Below, in pieces: positions 49,321 through 58,931 of a stretch of 64,000 nt of DNA. Below the pieces are notes generated by a model that saw only the letters and a program-made list of their open reading frames with translations, was not told the DNA's origin and made no database searches. Each line of letters begins with the position of its first letter. Positions within the stretch are counted from its first letter, which is position 1. The stretch is from Elusimicrobiota bacterium (GTDB lineage Bacteria; Elusimicrobiota; Elusimicrobia; FEN-1173), in contig JAEURZ010000014.1 of assembly GCA_016788905.1 (NCBI GenBank), forward strand, positions 14,707-78,706, read 5' to 3'. Made by a program: the position numbers and the translations under genes.

Positions 49321-50666
49321 CGCCCGAGCGCTCCTGGAATCCCTTCCGACAGGGTCGGGTGAGCAAAAATAACCTGCCGCAATTGGTCCACCGTTTGGCC
49401 CGCGGCCAAGGCCACAGAAAGGATATGGATCAGTTCCGTGGCGTGAGGACCGATGATCTGAGCCCCCAACAAACGTCCATCCTTTTTATTCGACAGGATC
49501 TGAATAAACCCTTCTCCTTCCTCCGCGGCAAGGGCCTTGGCCGACCCCTGAAAAAAGAAACGTTGGGTTTTAACTTCCAGGTCTTTGATTGAAGCCGAAT
49601 GGGTCCATTCGCCCACGCTCGCCACTTCGGGCCACGTGTAGAGACAACGGGGCACACGAGCGTGGGCGTAAGAGGTGCCCTTCCCCATCATATGCCCCAC
49701 AGCAACGGACCCCTGAACCGCCGCGGCGTGGGCCAACAGGGACAACCCGTTCACGTCCCCCACCGCGTAGATCGAGGCCCGGGACGTCTGCATAAAATCG
49801 TTCACCGCGATTCGCCCCCGTTCGACCGAAACGCCCGCCAACTCCAATCCCAAATCATTCAGTGAAGCGCGGCGCCCCACGCAAACCAAAACCCTCTCCG
49901 CAAAGCACTCCTCTCCCTTGGAAAGAGTGATCCGCCACCCGTCCGAACTTTTCTCGGCGGACGTCACCGTTTGTTCCGTATGGACTTTGATTCCCCGTTT
50001 TTCAAAACTTTGCTGGAGGAACCGGGACACCGAGGCTTCTTCCCCCGGCAAAAGTTGGGGCATTTTCTCTACCACAGTGACGGCGGTGCCCAGTTCATGA
50101 AAAAGACAAGCAAACTCTAACCCCACAGCGCCCCCGCCCACCACCACCAGACTTTTGGGAACTTGAGTTAAATTCAGAACACGGTCACTGTCTAAAATAT
50201 CTTGAACACTTGGATCAAAAGGAGGAGGGAAAAATGGTGCGGAACCTGTGGCAATGACCGCCGTTTCAAAATCAATGTTCTGGGCCCCTTCAGGCCCTGT
50301 GACACGAACAGAGTGGGGACTGACGAACCGGGCGTCTCCCCGGACCAATCTGATTTTCAACTGACCGAAACGCTGTTCAAGGGATTTTCGAAAATGTGTA
50401 ACAAGCCCGCGTTTTTTTTCTTGCAACATGTCCCAATGGATAGAAGCCGTGGATCCCCCCACCAGGTAGGCAGCCGATCGCACCTGTCGAAGAAGCCGGC
50501 CTCCTTCCAACAACATTTTGGAAGGAATACACCCAGCGTTTAAACAGAGTCCGCCCACTTCCGCTCGCTCAATTATGGTGACCTGGGCCCCCAACTCCGC
50601 CGCCCGTTTGGCCGCCGCTTCGCCTCCCGGCCCCGCACCGATGACCACCACCGATTTAGAATTCAA
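49317..50666 (-). CDS. lpd: Dihydrolipoyl dehydrogenase (L protein)
   Basis: VVIGAGPGG FAD motif, redox-active GGLCLNAGCIPSK, C-terminal HAHPTLSE. Confidence 0.9.
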   Translation of the reverse strand: MNSKSVVVIGAGPGGEAAAKRAAELGAQVTIIERAEVGGLCLNAGCIPSKMLLEGGRLLRQVRSAAYLVGGSTASIHWDMLQEKKRGLVTHFRKSLEQRFGQLKIRLVRGDARFVSPHSVRVTGPEGAQNIDFETAVIATGSAPFFPPPFDPSVQDILDSDRVLNLTQVPKSLVVVGGGAVGLEFACLFHELGTAVTVVEKMPQLLPGEEASVSRFLQQSFEKRGIKVHTEQTVTSAEKSSDGWRITLSKGEECFAERVLVCVGRRASLNDLGLELAGVSVERGRIAVNDFMQTSRASIYAVGDVNGLSLLAHAAAVQGSVAVGHMMGKGTSYAHARVPRCLYTWPEVASVGEWTHSASIKDLEVKTQRFFFQGSAKALAAEEGEGFIQILSNKKDGRLLGAQIIGPHATELIHILSVALAAGQTVDQLRQVIFAHPTLSEGIPGALGR

Positions 50667-50743
50667 ATGAAACTCCTCCTCTCGACCGAACTGAACATGA
50701 CGGACTCCACACTCGCCTCTTCCCGAAAATTTAAACCGGTTTG

Positions 50744-50773
50744 TGGAAAAAGGGGACGAATGTCCCCCCCCCC
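50744..50773 (-). terminator. Rho-independent terminator immediately after the glmS stop
   Basis: Minus strand reads TAA-GGGGGGGGGGACATTCGTCCCCTTTTTCC: GGGGAC/GTCCCC stem, ATTC loop, T5 tail. Confidence 0.6.
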
Positions 50774-52639
50774 TTATTCGACGGTGACGGATTTGGCTAG
50801 GTTGCGGGGTTGGTCCACATCACAACCGAGAAGAACCGCGATGTGATACGCCAACAGCTGGAGCGGCACCACGTTAACCGCGGGAGCCATGGATTCCGGG
50901 ACCTCTGGAAGCCAAATAATATCCGAGGTCAGCGCCGTGATTCGGGTGTCCCCTTCCGTGGCCAAGGCGATCACTCGCCCCCCGCGAGCGGACACCTCTT
51001 CCAAGTTCGTCATGACCTTGTCATAGACGCGGCTCTGGGTGGCGATGGCCACCACTGGCATGTCTTCATCGATCAGGGCGATGGGCCCGTGCTTCAATTC
51101 GCCCGCGGGATAGCCCTCCGCGTGGATGTAGGAAATTTCTTTCAGTTTCAACGCGCCTTCCAGGGCAATGGGGTAGTTGAGGTTTCGACCCAGAAAGAGG
51201 AAATGGCGACTGTGAAAATATTTTTTGGCAATGAGGGAAACAGCCGCCTCTGTTTTAAGGGCGTCCCCCACCCAGCGCGGGAGGTGAAGCAAATTCTTCA
51301 TGATGGTTTCCACTTCCGCCCGCGGCAACGTGCCCCGGATCAACGCCCCGTACAGCGCCAGGACATAGAGGACCCCCAACTGGGCGGTGAATGCTTTGGT
51401 ACTGGCGACCCCGATCTCCGGACCGCAATGGGTGAGGATTTTCCCGTGACATTCCCGGTAAAGGGTCGATCCCACTGAATTGGTAACGGCCAGAGTTCGG
51501 GCCCCTTTCCCTTTTGCGTGCCGGACCGCGGCAATAGTGTCCGCCGTTTCACCAGATTGAGAAATGGCCACCAACAAATCCTCCGGCCCCACGAGGGGAT
51601 TGCGGTAACGAAACTCCGAAGCGATTTCCACGTCGCAAGGCGCCTGAACCCACGATTCAAAAAAGTAACGGGCCAATAACCCCGCATGGTAAGAGGTGCC
51701 GCAGGCCACAATGGTCATTTTTCGAAATCCGCGAATTTGATCTTCCGAAAGTTTGAGGGTGTCTAAATGAACTTTGATTTCATCGATATTCAATCGGCCC
51801 CGAAGAGTGTCTTCCATGGAACGGGGCTGTTCATGGATTTCCTTCAACATGAAATGGCGGTAGCCGGCTTTTTCCGCTTGAAGGGGGTCCCAGGGGAGAT
51901 AGGTGACGGCGCGTTCCAAGGGCCGACCGGTTTCGATACTGAACAGCTGGACACCGTCCCGGGACAAAAGGGCCAGGTCCCCGTCCTGAAGAAAAATGGC
52001 GTTCCGGGTACGCGCGAGGATGGCGGGGGCGTCCGACGCGAGAAAATATTCGCCATCTCCCATTCCCACCAAAAGAGGACATTCACGACGGGCCCCAATC
52101 ACCACATCGGGACAATCGGCCGAAACGATCCCTAGGGCGAACGTCCCTTTAATTTCAGAGAGAGCCTCACGGACCGCTTCCACAAACTCCAGGGGAGCCA
52201 AGGGGACCCCCGCGCGTTGACGACGGGAGATCGCCCCACCCACAAGGTGGGCCACGACCTCCGTGTCCGTTTGGGATTCAAAGGTGACACCCCGAGATTG
52301 GAGTCCTGACTTTAACGCCATATAGTTTTCAATAATCCCGTTGTGGACCACCACGACGCGGCCCGTGGCGTCTCGGTGAGGATGGGCGTTCTCTTCGGAA
52401 GGACGACCGTGTGTGGCCCAACGCGTGTGCCCAACCCCCGCGTGACCGGAAAGGGGGGATTTTTTGAGATGGGTTTCCAGATTAACTAATTTCCCGACAC
52501 TCCGCCGAATGTCCAACCCCTTACCGTTCAGAACCACCATTCCGGCCGAATCGTAACCACGGTATTCCAGGCGCCGCAATCCGTCCAAAAGGACATCGGC
52601 CGCTTCTTCTTTCCCGATGTATCCAACAATTCCACACAT
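50774..52639 (-). CDS. glmS: Glutamine--fructose-6-phosphate aminotransferase GlmS
   Basis: MCGIVGYIG N-terminal nucleophile and two SIS domains; 621 aa. Confidence 0.9.
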   Translation of the reverse strand: MCGIVGYIGKEEAADVLLDGLRRLEYRGYDSAGMVVLNGKGLDIRRSVGKLVNLETHLKKSPLSGHAGVGHTRWATHGRPSEENAHPHRDATGRVVVVHNGIIENYMALKSGLQSRGVTFESQTDTEVVAHLVGGAISRRQRAGVPLAPLEFVEAVREALSEIKGTFALGIVSADCPDVVIGARRECPLLVGMGDGEYFLASDAPAILARTRNAIFLQDGDLALLSRDGVQLFSIETGRPLERAVTYLPWDPLQAEKAGYRHFMLKEIHEQPRSMEDTLRGRLNIDEIKVHLDTLKLSEDQIRGFRKMTIVACGTSYHAGLLARYFFESWVQAPCDVEIASEFRYRNPLVGPEDLLVAISQSGETADTIAAVRHAKGKGARTLAVTNSVGSTLYRECHGKILTHCGPEIGVASTKAFTAQLGVLYVLALYGALIRGTLPRAEVETIMKNLLHLPRWVGDALKTEAAVSLIAKKYFHSRHFLFLGRNLNYPIALEGALKLKEISYIHAEGYPAGELKHGPIALIDEDMPVVAIATQSRVYDKVMTNLEEVSARGGRVIALATEGDTRITALTSDIIWLPEVPESMAPAVNVVPLQLLAYHIAVLLGCDVDQPRNLAKSVTVE

Positions 52640-52641
52640 GG

Positions 52642-53370
52642 TTAGGTCCTCCTCTCCACACCCGCCACCAACGTTTTCATTTCCCGCACGGCCGATTCAA
52701 GACCAACAAACAACGACCGAGCAATAATTGAGAAACCAATATTGAGTTCGTTCATATGATCCAGCGTGGCAATCGGAAGAACATTTTGGTAGTCCAATCC
52801 ATGCCCCGCGTTTAAAACCAGTCCCAAGCGGTGTGCCAGAAGACCGGCTTCCTCAACCTTCTTCAGCGCCGTGCCCCGCGCCTCAGCCGGAGCGTCCGCG
52901 TAGGTCCCCGTGTGAATCTCCACCATATGCGCTCCCGCGTCTTTGGCTGCGGTCACCTGGTCCAAGTCAGGACCAATAAAAAGACTCACTTTGATTCCCT
53001 TGGATGAAATTTTTTGGCAAACGCCCCGCACACGGGCCATTTGGTTCATCACGTCCAGCCCCCCTTCCGTGGTCAATTCTTGGCGCCGTTCCGGGACAAG
53101 ACATACACTGAAAGGACGTAAGACACTCGCAATCCGAACCATTTCTTCCGTGGCCGCCATTTCAAGATTGAGCCGAAGGCCCTGGATCTTGGATAAACGC
53201 GAGACATCCATATCTTGAATGTGGCGACGGTCTTCACGCAAATGAACGGTGATGGAGTCGGCCCCTGAGGCCAACGCCACTTGGGCGGCCGCCACCACAT
53301 CGGGCACCGTGGATCGACGGGCTTGACGAACGGTGGCCACATGGTCAATGTTAACGCCAAGAAGAGTCAT
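52642..53370 (-). CDS. pdxJ: Pyridoxine 5'-phosphate synthase PdxJ
   Basis: LLGVNIDHVATVRQAR N-terminus; 242 aa TIM barrel. Confidence 0.85.
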   Translation of the reverse strand: MTLLGVNIDHVATVRQARRSTVPDVVAAAQVALASGADSITVHLREDRRHIQDMDVSRLSKIQGLRLNLEMAATEEMVRIASVLRPFSVCLVPERRQELTTEGGLDVMNQMARVRGVCQKISSKGIKVSLFIGPDLDQVTAAKDAGAHMVEIHTGTYADAPAEARGTALKKVEEAGLLAHRLGLVLNAGHGLDYQNVLPIATLDHMNELNIGFSIIARSLFVGLESAVREMKTLVAGVERRT

Positions 53371-53448
53371 CGGATTTACCGAAAAAAGAAAACCAACATC
53401 AAATTTATATCACACACTGAAATTTCACGCCCCAACGCAGTTTCACGG

Positions 53449-54783
53449 TCAAGCCGCGCGAACCAGACGGGCCAACGCTTCCGCGTGGGATTCAATGGCG
53501 CCCCGGTCAGGACCTTCAATCATAATCCGCAGAAGGGGTTCGGTCCCCGAATAGCGGACCAGGGTGCGCCCGGTGTCCCCCAGAAGAGTGTTCACCTCCG
53601 CCAAAGCCCGGGAAAAACCTGGGATCTTTTCCAACGGGGTACGCTCGCGAACGGGAACGTTCAATAAGACCTGGGGGTAGTGGACCGCCAACGAGGTCAA
53701 CGAGGAGAAACTTCTCCCTGTTTCAACCAAAAGCGCGGCCACCTGCAAGGCGGTGAGGATCCCGTCTCCCGTCGGGAGGAAATCCCGAAAGATCACATGC
53801 CCGGACGGTTCCCCTCCCAACGCCGCCCCTGTTTTACGCATTCCCTGCCACACATATTTGTCTCCCACCGCCGTCACTTCCCTTTGAAACCCCAGGGCGT
53901 CCAACGCCCGATGAAGACCCAGATTGCTCATCACCGTCACGACCACGGAATTGTTCGTTAATCGACCGCGTACCTTCAAGTGACGGGCCGCGGCCAAAAG
54001 AACAGCGTCCCCATCGCGCGGATGGCCCGCTTCATCCACAAAGATCGCTCGGTCCCCATCCCCATCGAAAGCCACCCCCAACCGCGCGCCTGTCCGGCGA
54101 ACGGCCTGGGCCAACGCCTGGGGGTGAAGAGCCCCGCATTGGCGATTGATATTTCGGCCATTGGGTGACGCGGAGAGCACCGTGACCTGCGCCCCCATCT
54201 GACGAAAAAGGTCCGGAGCGACCGTACTGGTCGCCCCTTGGGCACAATCCAAAACAAGGGGAACCCCGCGCAAGGATACACCCGCGGGCCAGCATTTCTT
54301 TAAAAACCGAATGTATCGATTTCGCGCTTGAAGAAACGGTTTCACACGCAACCGGAGAGGTGGGAGCGGTTCTTTCGAGAGGGCGCGGCGTTCAATCGCC
54401 TCCTCCCAGTCTTCTTCAAGTTTGTGGCCCCCAGGCCCGAAAAACTTGACCCCATTGTGGGCCGCCGGATTGTGTGAGGCGGAAATCACCGCGCCCGCAA
54501 CCACGGGCAACGAAGGGATAAGTGCGGCCACCGCCGGGGTGGGCAGCACACCCCCATCCAAAACTGAAAATCCCGCCGCGCCCAGTCCTTCCGCTAAGGC
54601 CCTCAGCAACACCGGCCCGGACGATCGGGGATCGCGAACAATAAACAATCTCTTGGGGCGACGAGGTTCCCGTTCCGCTAAAACGGTACCCGCCGCCCAT
54701 CCCAATCGACGGACAAATTGTTCCGTCAACGGATAACGGCCCGCCACTCCGCGCACGCCATCTGTTCCAAATAATTTTCCCAT
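53449..54783 (-). CDS. glmM: Phosphoglucosamine mutase GlmM
   Basis: MGKLFGTDGVRG and active-site Ser region (ISASHNPA); 444 aa. Confidence 0.9.
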   Translation of the reverse strand: MGKLFGTDGVRGVAGRYPLTEQFVRRLGWAAGTVLAEREPRRPKRLFIVRDPRSSGPVLLRALAEGLGAAGFSVLDGGVLPTPAVAALIPSLPVVAGAVISASHNPAAHNGVKFFGPGGHKLEEDWEEAIERRALSKEPLPPLRLRVKPFLQARNRYIRFLKKCWPAGVSLRGVPLVLDCAQGATSTVAPDLFRQMGAQVTVLSASPNGRNINRQCGALHPQALAQAVRRTGARLGVAFDGDGDRAIFVDEAGHPRDGDAVLLAAARHLKVRGRLTNNSVVVTVMSNLGLHRALDALGFQREVTAVGDKYVWQGMRKTGAALGGEPSGHVIFRDFLPTGDGILTALQVAALLVETGRSFSSLTSLAVHYPQVLLNVPVRERTPLEKIPGFSRALAEVNTLLGDTGRTLVRYSGTEPLLRIMIEGPDRGAIESHAEALARLVRAA

Positions 54784-54805
54784 CAGATCATATTCTCCTC
54801 AAGCG

Positions 54806-54820
54806 CACCCAGAATCCCCC
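54806..54820. repeat. Copy 3 of ACCCAGAATCCCC repeat (CACCCAGAATCCCCCCCC) in the cdaA-glmM spacer
   Basis: Seen directly; same 13-mer core as 43286 and 43641. Confidence 0.5.
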
Positions 54821-54999
54821 CCCTAAATCGAGGAGAAGAATCCGGGCAAAATTTTCAGGCTGCCGTTACCGCTGTTGACCCGCTTCGGGAACCGTCGACA
54901 CCGGAAATCGTTCCCGGGGGTTTAGATGCAAGCTCATCCACAGGAGCACGGCCAAAAGAACAGCCATACATTTCAATTCCCAATTCTTTTTCCAGCCCC

Positions 55000-55809
55000 T
55001 CACAGGTCTCCCTCCCGCGTCCGACGGTTGCGGAGGCCTTTTTCTCCGATCGACTTGTAAAACTCCATCAACCGTCGTTGCAACTCGTCCAGTGGGACAT
55101 CCCGATCCAGGTGTCCATGGCGCACCATCGAGACCGTCCCTGTTTCTTCACTTAAGACAATCACAATGGCGTCGGAAATCTCACTCAAGCCCAGGGCCGC
55201 CCGGTGACGGGTCCCCATCACGCGGGACAGTTCTGTGTCATTCGAGAGAGGCAACACACACCCAGCGGCCACCACCCGATCTTCCCGCAAGATGGCGGCT
55301 CCATCATGGAGCGGAGTGTGCGGAAAAAAAAGGGTCGACAATAGTTCCCGGGAAACTTGCCCGTTAATGACGGTCCCTGTTCCAATGAAATTCCGGAGTC
55401 CGGTTTCCTGTTCCAAGACGATCAACATCCCCACACGCCCCGCGGCGCCTTCACGCAAAGCGGCAATAATTTCATCAATGAACCCCAGTTCCTGTGGAAT
55501 CAAAGAACGGCCCAATCGATGACTCCCGAGATGGGCCAAAAGGGCCCGGAGTTCCGGTTGAAATACCACCGCAAAAACAACCGCCCACGCAATCCAAAAG
55601 GTTCGTAACAACCAGCCCAAGGTGGGCAACCCAAGCAAACGATCCGCCACAACCGTCGCCACAGCAAGAACAACAAATCCGCGTAGAACTTGGACGGCAC
55701 GGGTTCCCTGAATTAAAAGAAGAACGTGGTAAATAAGAATCGACACCAAAACCACGTCCACCACGTGGAGAAAGGGGCCCTGCCAGAATCGGAAAAAGAA
55801 GGCACTCAT
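55000..55809 (-). CDS. cdaA: Diadenylate cyclase CdaA (c-di-AMP synthase; 3 TM plus DAC domain)
   Basis: DAC motifs (PLHDGAAIL, GTRHRAALGLSEISDAIVIV); N-terminal TM helices; start at internal Met MSAFFF. Confidence 0.85.
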   Translation of the reverse strand: MSAFFFRFWQGPFLHVVDVVLVSILIYHVLLLIQGTRAVQVLRGFVVLAVATVVADRLLGLPTLGWLLRTFWIAWAVVFAVVFQPELRALLAHLGSHRLGRSLIPQELGFIDEIIAALREGAAGRVGMLIVLEQETGLRNFIGTGTVINGQVSRELLSTLFFPHTPLHDGAAILREDRVVAAGCVLPLSNDTELSRVMGTRHRAALGLSEISDAIVIVLSEETGTVSMVRHGHLDRDVPLDELQRRLMEFYKSIGEKGLRNRRTREGDL

Positions 55810-55874
55810 GGAGCCAGGAGCCCGGAGAGGGAACCCGCACAACCCCTCCCGAGGACCGCGTTCCTCCTCATGAC

Positions 55875-56714
55875 TTATTTGATGTACAGGTTATCGATCA
55901 ACCGGGTATGTCCAACCCACACCGCCGCCGCCACCAGGAACGGTCCTGATTTTTTTAGGGACGGCACCAATGTTTCCGGATCCACAATTTCAAGGTATTG
56001 GATTCGTATCCCAGAATGGCCCCGCAACACCGCCCGAGCGGCGCGGAGGGCCTCCACTTTATTCCGACGAGATTTTAACACTTGCCCCGCCGCCCGTAAA
56101 GCACGACTCAACAGGGGGGCCACCGCGCGATCCCCAAGAGAGAGAAAAGCGTTCCGGCTGGAAAGGGCCAGCCCTCCAAACTCCCGAACGGTTGGGCAGG
56201 CAACGACTTTGACCGGCAGATCCAGATCCTTCACCATCCGTTGGATCACCCGCAACTGCTGAAAATCTTTTTTTCCAAAATAGGCCCGGTCGGGTTGGAC
56301 TTGGTTCAAAAGTTTAAGCACCACCGTGGCCACGCCTCGGAAATGGCCTGGCCGGACAAGCCCACACAGGGGCTTGGAGAGTTCTTCCACAGTCACCCAG
56401 GTTTGAAAATCCGGCGGATACATTCCCTGGGGCGAGGGGGTGAACAGGAGGGCGACCGATTCACGCCGACAGAGATCGGCGTCCCGGGCAAAAGGGCGAG
56501 GGTAGCGGGTCAAATCCTCCTGGGGTCCAAACTGGGTGGGATTAACAAAGAGGGAAACCACCACGAAATCATTTTCCCTCTTCGCCCGTCGGATGAGAGA
56601 CAAATGCCCTTCATGCAACGCCCCCATGGTCGGGACCAAACCCACCGACCGCCCACGTCGCCGCCACGCCAAGACGATTTTTCGCAGGACAGCGGAGGAA
56701 CGAATTGTTTTCAT
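55875..56714 (-). CDS. panC: Pantoate--beta-alanine ligase PanC
   Basis: VPTMGALHEGHLSL HIGH-type motif; 279 aa. Confidence 0.9.
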   Translation of the reverse strand: MKTIRSSAVLRKIVLAWRRRGRSVGLVPTMGALHEGHLSLIRRAKRENDFVVVSLFVNPTQFGPQEDLTRYPRPFARDADLCRRESVALLFTPSPQGMYPPDFQTWVTVEELSKPLCGLVRPGHFRGVATVVLKLLNQVQPDRAYFGKKDFQQLRVIQRMVKDLDLPVKVVACPTVREFGGLALSSRNAFLSLGDRAVAPLLSRALRAAGQVLKSRRNKVEALRAARAVLRGHSGIRIQYLEIVDPETLVPSLKKSGPFLVAAAVWVGHTRLIDNLYIK

Positions 56715-57595
56715 GGGCGTGATCGATGAAACGCCCGATCAAAAAAGGCAAGGATCCGATCTTGATACTCCCGTCCCCCCACTTCGGCCAATTCCCCATG
56801 ATACGCCCCGGGAACCGTCCAGAGCGTTTTGGGTTCACCCGCCGCATCGAAAAGGCGGCGACCCTCAGCGGGGGGGGTGCGTCGGTCCCGTTCGCCTTGT
56901 AAAATAAAGAGAGGTCGAGGGGCAATCTTCCCGACGACCCGAAGGGGAGCGTAATCATTGGGGTCAAACCCCAATCGGTTCCGGACAAACCAAAGCGTCA
57001 GCCGTGAAAATAGTTTTGGAGCTCCATAAAATAACCGACCGTGGCGGGTGAGCGCCCCACTGAATTCACAGAAGGGGCTTTCCGCCGCAACCGCCAAGAC
57101 GCCCACGTCTTGGGCGGCGACCCAGATCCCAATGGACGCGCCCATGGACATTCCATACAGCCCCATCCGAGCGGATTCGGTCGGATGGACCGAACGAAGA
57201 TGACGGAGAGCGGCGTCCAGATCCCCAATTTCTTCACGGGAAAGAGACGCTTGCCCCGAATCGCTTTCCCCGTGGTTTCGAAAATCGAAGAAGAAGAGGT
57301 TGTACTCACCGCGCGACCTTAAAAAATGAGTCCGCTCCAAGATGTTGGACCGGTTCGCCCCCCACCCGTGACAAATAACGAGGGTCGTGTCGGAAGGGTG
57401 GGAGGACGGCACGAACCATGCACGAAGAACAAGATTCCCCGAAGAGTTGAACCGTTCCTCAGAATACGCCAACCCATACGTCCGCGGCGTGGTGGTGAGC
57501 GGTTCCCGCGGCCCACGAAGAACAAGGCCGGACATCCGCCACCCCAAAAAGAAAATGCCACCGACAACAAAAAAAACAATGAGAAGGAAAATCAC
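56711..57595 (-). CDS. Membrane-anchored alpha/beta-hydrolase
   Basis: N-terminal TM, nucleophile elbow GMSMGA, HG oxyanion motif (ICHGWG). Confidence 0.7.
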   Translation of the reverse strand: MIFLLIVFFVVGGIFFLGWRMSGLVLRGPREPLTTTPRTYGLAYSEERFNSSGNLVLRAWFVPSSHPSDTTLVICHGWGANRSNILERTHFLRSRGEYNLFFFDFRNHGESDSGQASLSREEIGDLDAALRHLRSVHPTESARMGLYGMSMGASIGIWVAAQDVGVLAVAAESPFCEFSGALTRHGRLFYGAPKLFSRLTLWFVRNRLGFDPNDYAPLRVVGKIAPRPLFILQGERDRRTPPAEGRRLFDAAGEPKTLWTVPGAYHGELAEVGGREYQDRILAFFDRAFHRSRP

Positions 57596-58416
57596 CGGTA
57601 AGTGTGGTCGCGTCCGGGAAACCGGGAGGTTCGAACCTCCGACCGGAATTGCTGGACAGCCCCGAGTGCTTCATCCCACAAATGGGCGTATCGTTTAACA
57701 AATTTCGGGGAAGGACCGTCGGAAAAACCCAGCATATCATCAAGAACCAATATTTGACCGTCCGTCCCCACCCCCGCTCCAATGCCAATGGTGGGAATTT
57801 TCAGGGCGCGGGAAATCTGGCGGGCCAGGGAGGCCGGAACCGCTTCCAAAACGAGGGCGAAAACACCTTCCGATTCCAACTGGCGGGCGTCTCTCAATAT
57901 CCTGGCGGCGTCACGAGGGGTTCGGCCTTGAACCCGATACCCCCCGAGCCGGTGAACCGCTTGAGGCGTTAATCCCAGATGCCCCATCACTGGGATATTG
58001 GCCCCGATGAGCGCACGAAGGGACGGCAAAATGGCCCCCGCCCCTTCCACTTTCACCCCTTCAGCGCCGCCCTCTTTAATCAACCGACCCACCTGCCGAA
58101 CCGCGTCCTTGGGATCGAACTCATAGGAAAGAAACGGCATATCCGCCACCAACAGGGCTCGGCTGTTCCCCCGCCGAACCGCCCGGGTGTGATGGAGGAT
58201 ATCCTCTAAGGTGACGGGAAGCGTGTTCGGGAAACCCAGCTTCACATTGCCCACCGAGTCGCCAACCAAAATCACATCCACCAAGGCTCGGTTGAGTAGA
58301 CGGGCCATGGGAGCATCGTAGGCGGTGAGCGCCGTTATTTTTTCGCCCGTGCGTTTCATTTCTCGAAGGGTGTGAACAGTGACTTTTCCGGGGGAGAGCG
58401 TGGGTTTCTTTTTCAT
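57592..58416 (-). CDS. panB: 3-methyl-2-oxobutanoate hydroxymethyltransferase PanB
   Basis: ITALTAYDAPMARL and VGDSVGNV motifs. Confidence 0.9.
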   Translation of the reverse strand: MKKKPTLSPGKVTVHTLREMKRTGEKITALTAYDAPMARLLNRALVDVILVGDSVGNVKLGFPNTLPVTLEDILHHTRAVRRGNSRALLVADMPFLSYEFDPKDAVRQVGRLIKEGGAEGVKVEGAGAILPSLRALIGANIPVMGHLGLTPQAVHRLGGYRVQGRTPRDAARILRDARQLESEGVFALVLEAVPASLARQISRALKIPTIGIGAGVGTDGQILVLDDMLGFSDGPSPKFVKRYAHLWDEALGAVQQFRSEVRTSRFPGRDHTYR

Positions 58417-58931
58417 CAGAGGGGTCTCGGATAGAGTTTAATGCTTTGGTCCGGATCTGTCAATTTCCGCCGATAATAACCCATGGATCGCCCGCTCACA
58501 ACGTCTTTAAACCGGGGGGCAATATCCGCCAGGGGCCACACCACGAATTTGCGTTCTTTCCATCGGGGATGGGGCAGGAGAAGTTCCTCTCGATGGCGAC
58601 GAACACCGAAGAAGATCAAATCCAAATCAATTTCTCGAGGCCCCCACCGCTTGCGTCGCCGACGGCCAAGAAGCCCTTCAATTTTTTTCATCTGTCCCAA
58701 CAAATCCGCCGGCCCCATCAACGAACGGAGTTCAACAACCGCGTTCAGGAAATGCCGCTGGCGTGGCCCCACAGGAGAAGTTTCATACACGGGCGAAACA
58801 CGAAACACCTTCACTCCCGGGATATTTCCCAGAGCCCGCACGGCCCGACGAAGAAAAACCAGTCGCCGCCCCACATTGGACCCCACACCCACGAAAACTT
58901 TCTCAACCGCCACGGGGTCTCTTTCCCGCAA
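58416..58931 (-). CDS. folK: 2-amino-4-hydroxy-6-hydroxymethyldihydropteridine pyrophosphokinase FolK
   Basis: VFVGVGSNVG...YETSPVG...REIDLDLIFF HPPK signature. Confidence 0.85.
   Translation of the reverse strand: MRERDPVAVEKVFVGVGSNVGRRLVFLRRAVRALGNIPGVKVFRVSPVYETSPVGPRQRHFLNAVVELRSLMGPADLLGQMKKIEGLLGRRRRKRWGPREIDLDLIFFGVRRHREELLLPHPRWKERKFVVWPLADIAPRFKDVVSGRSMGYYRRKLTDPDQSIKLYPRPL

Noticed and set aside
50667-50773. Glycine riboswitch upstream of the lpd-lipA-gcvTHP operon
   Set aside because: The spacer is only 107 bp, is mostly occupied by the glmS terminator hairpin, and lacks the ACCGAAGGGGCAA/CTCTGGAGAG aptamer cores.
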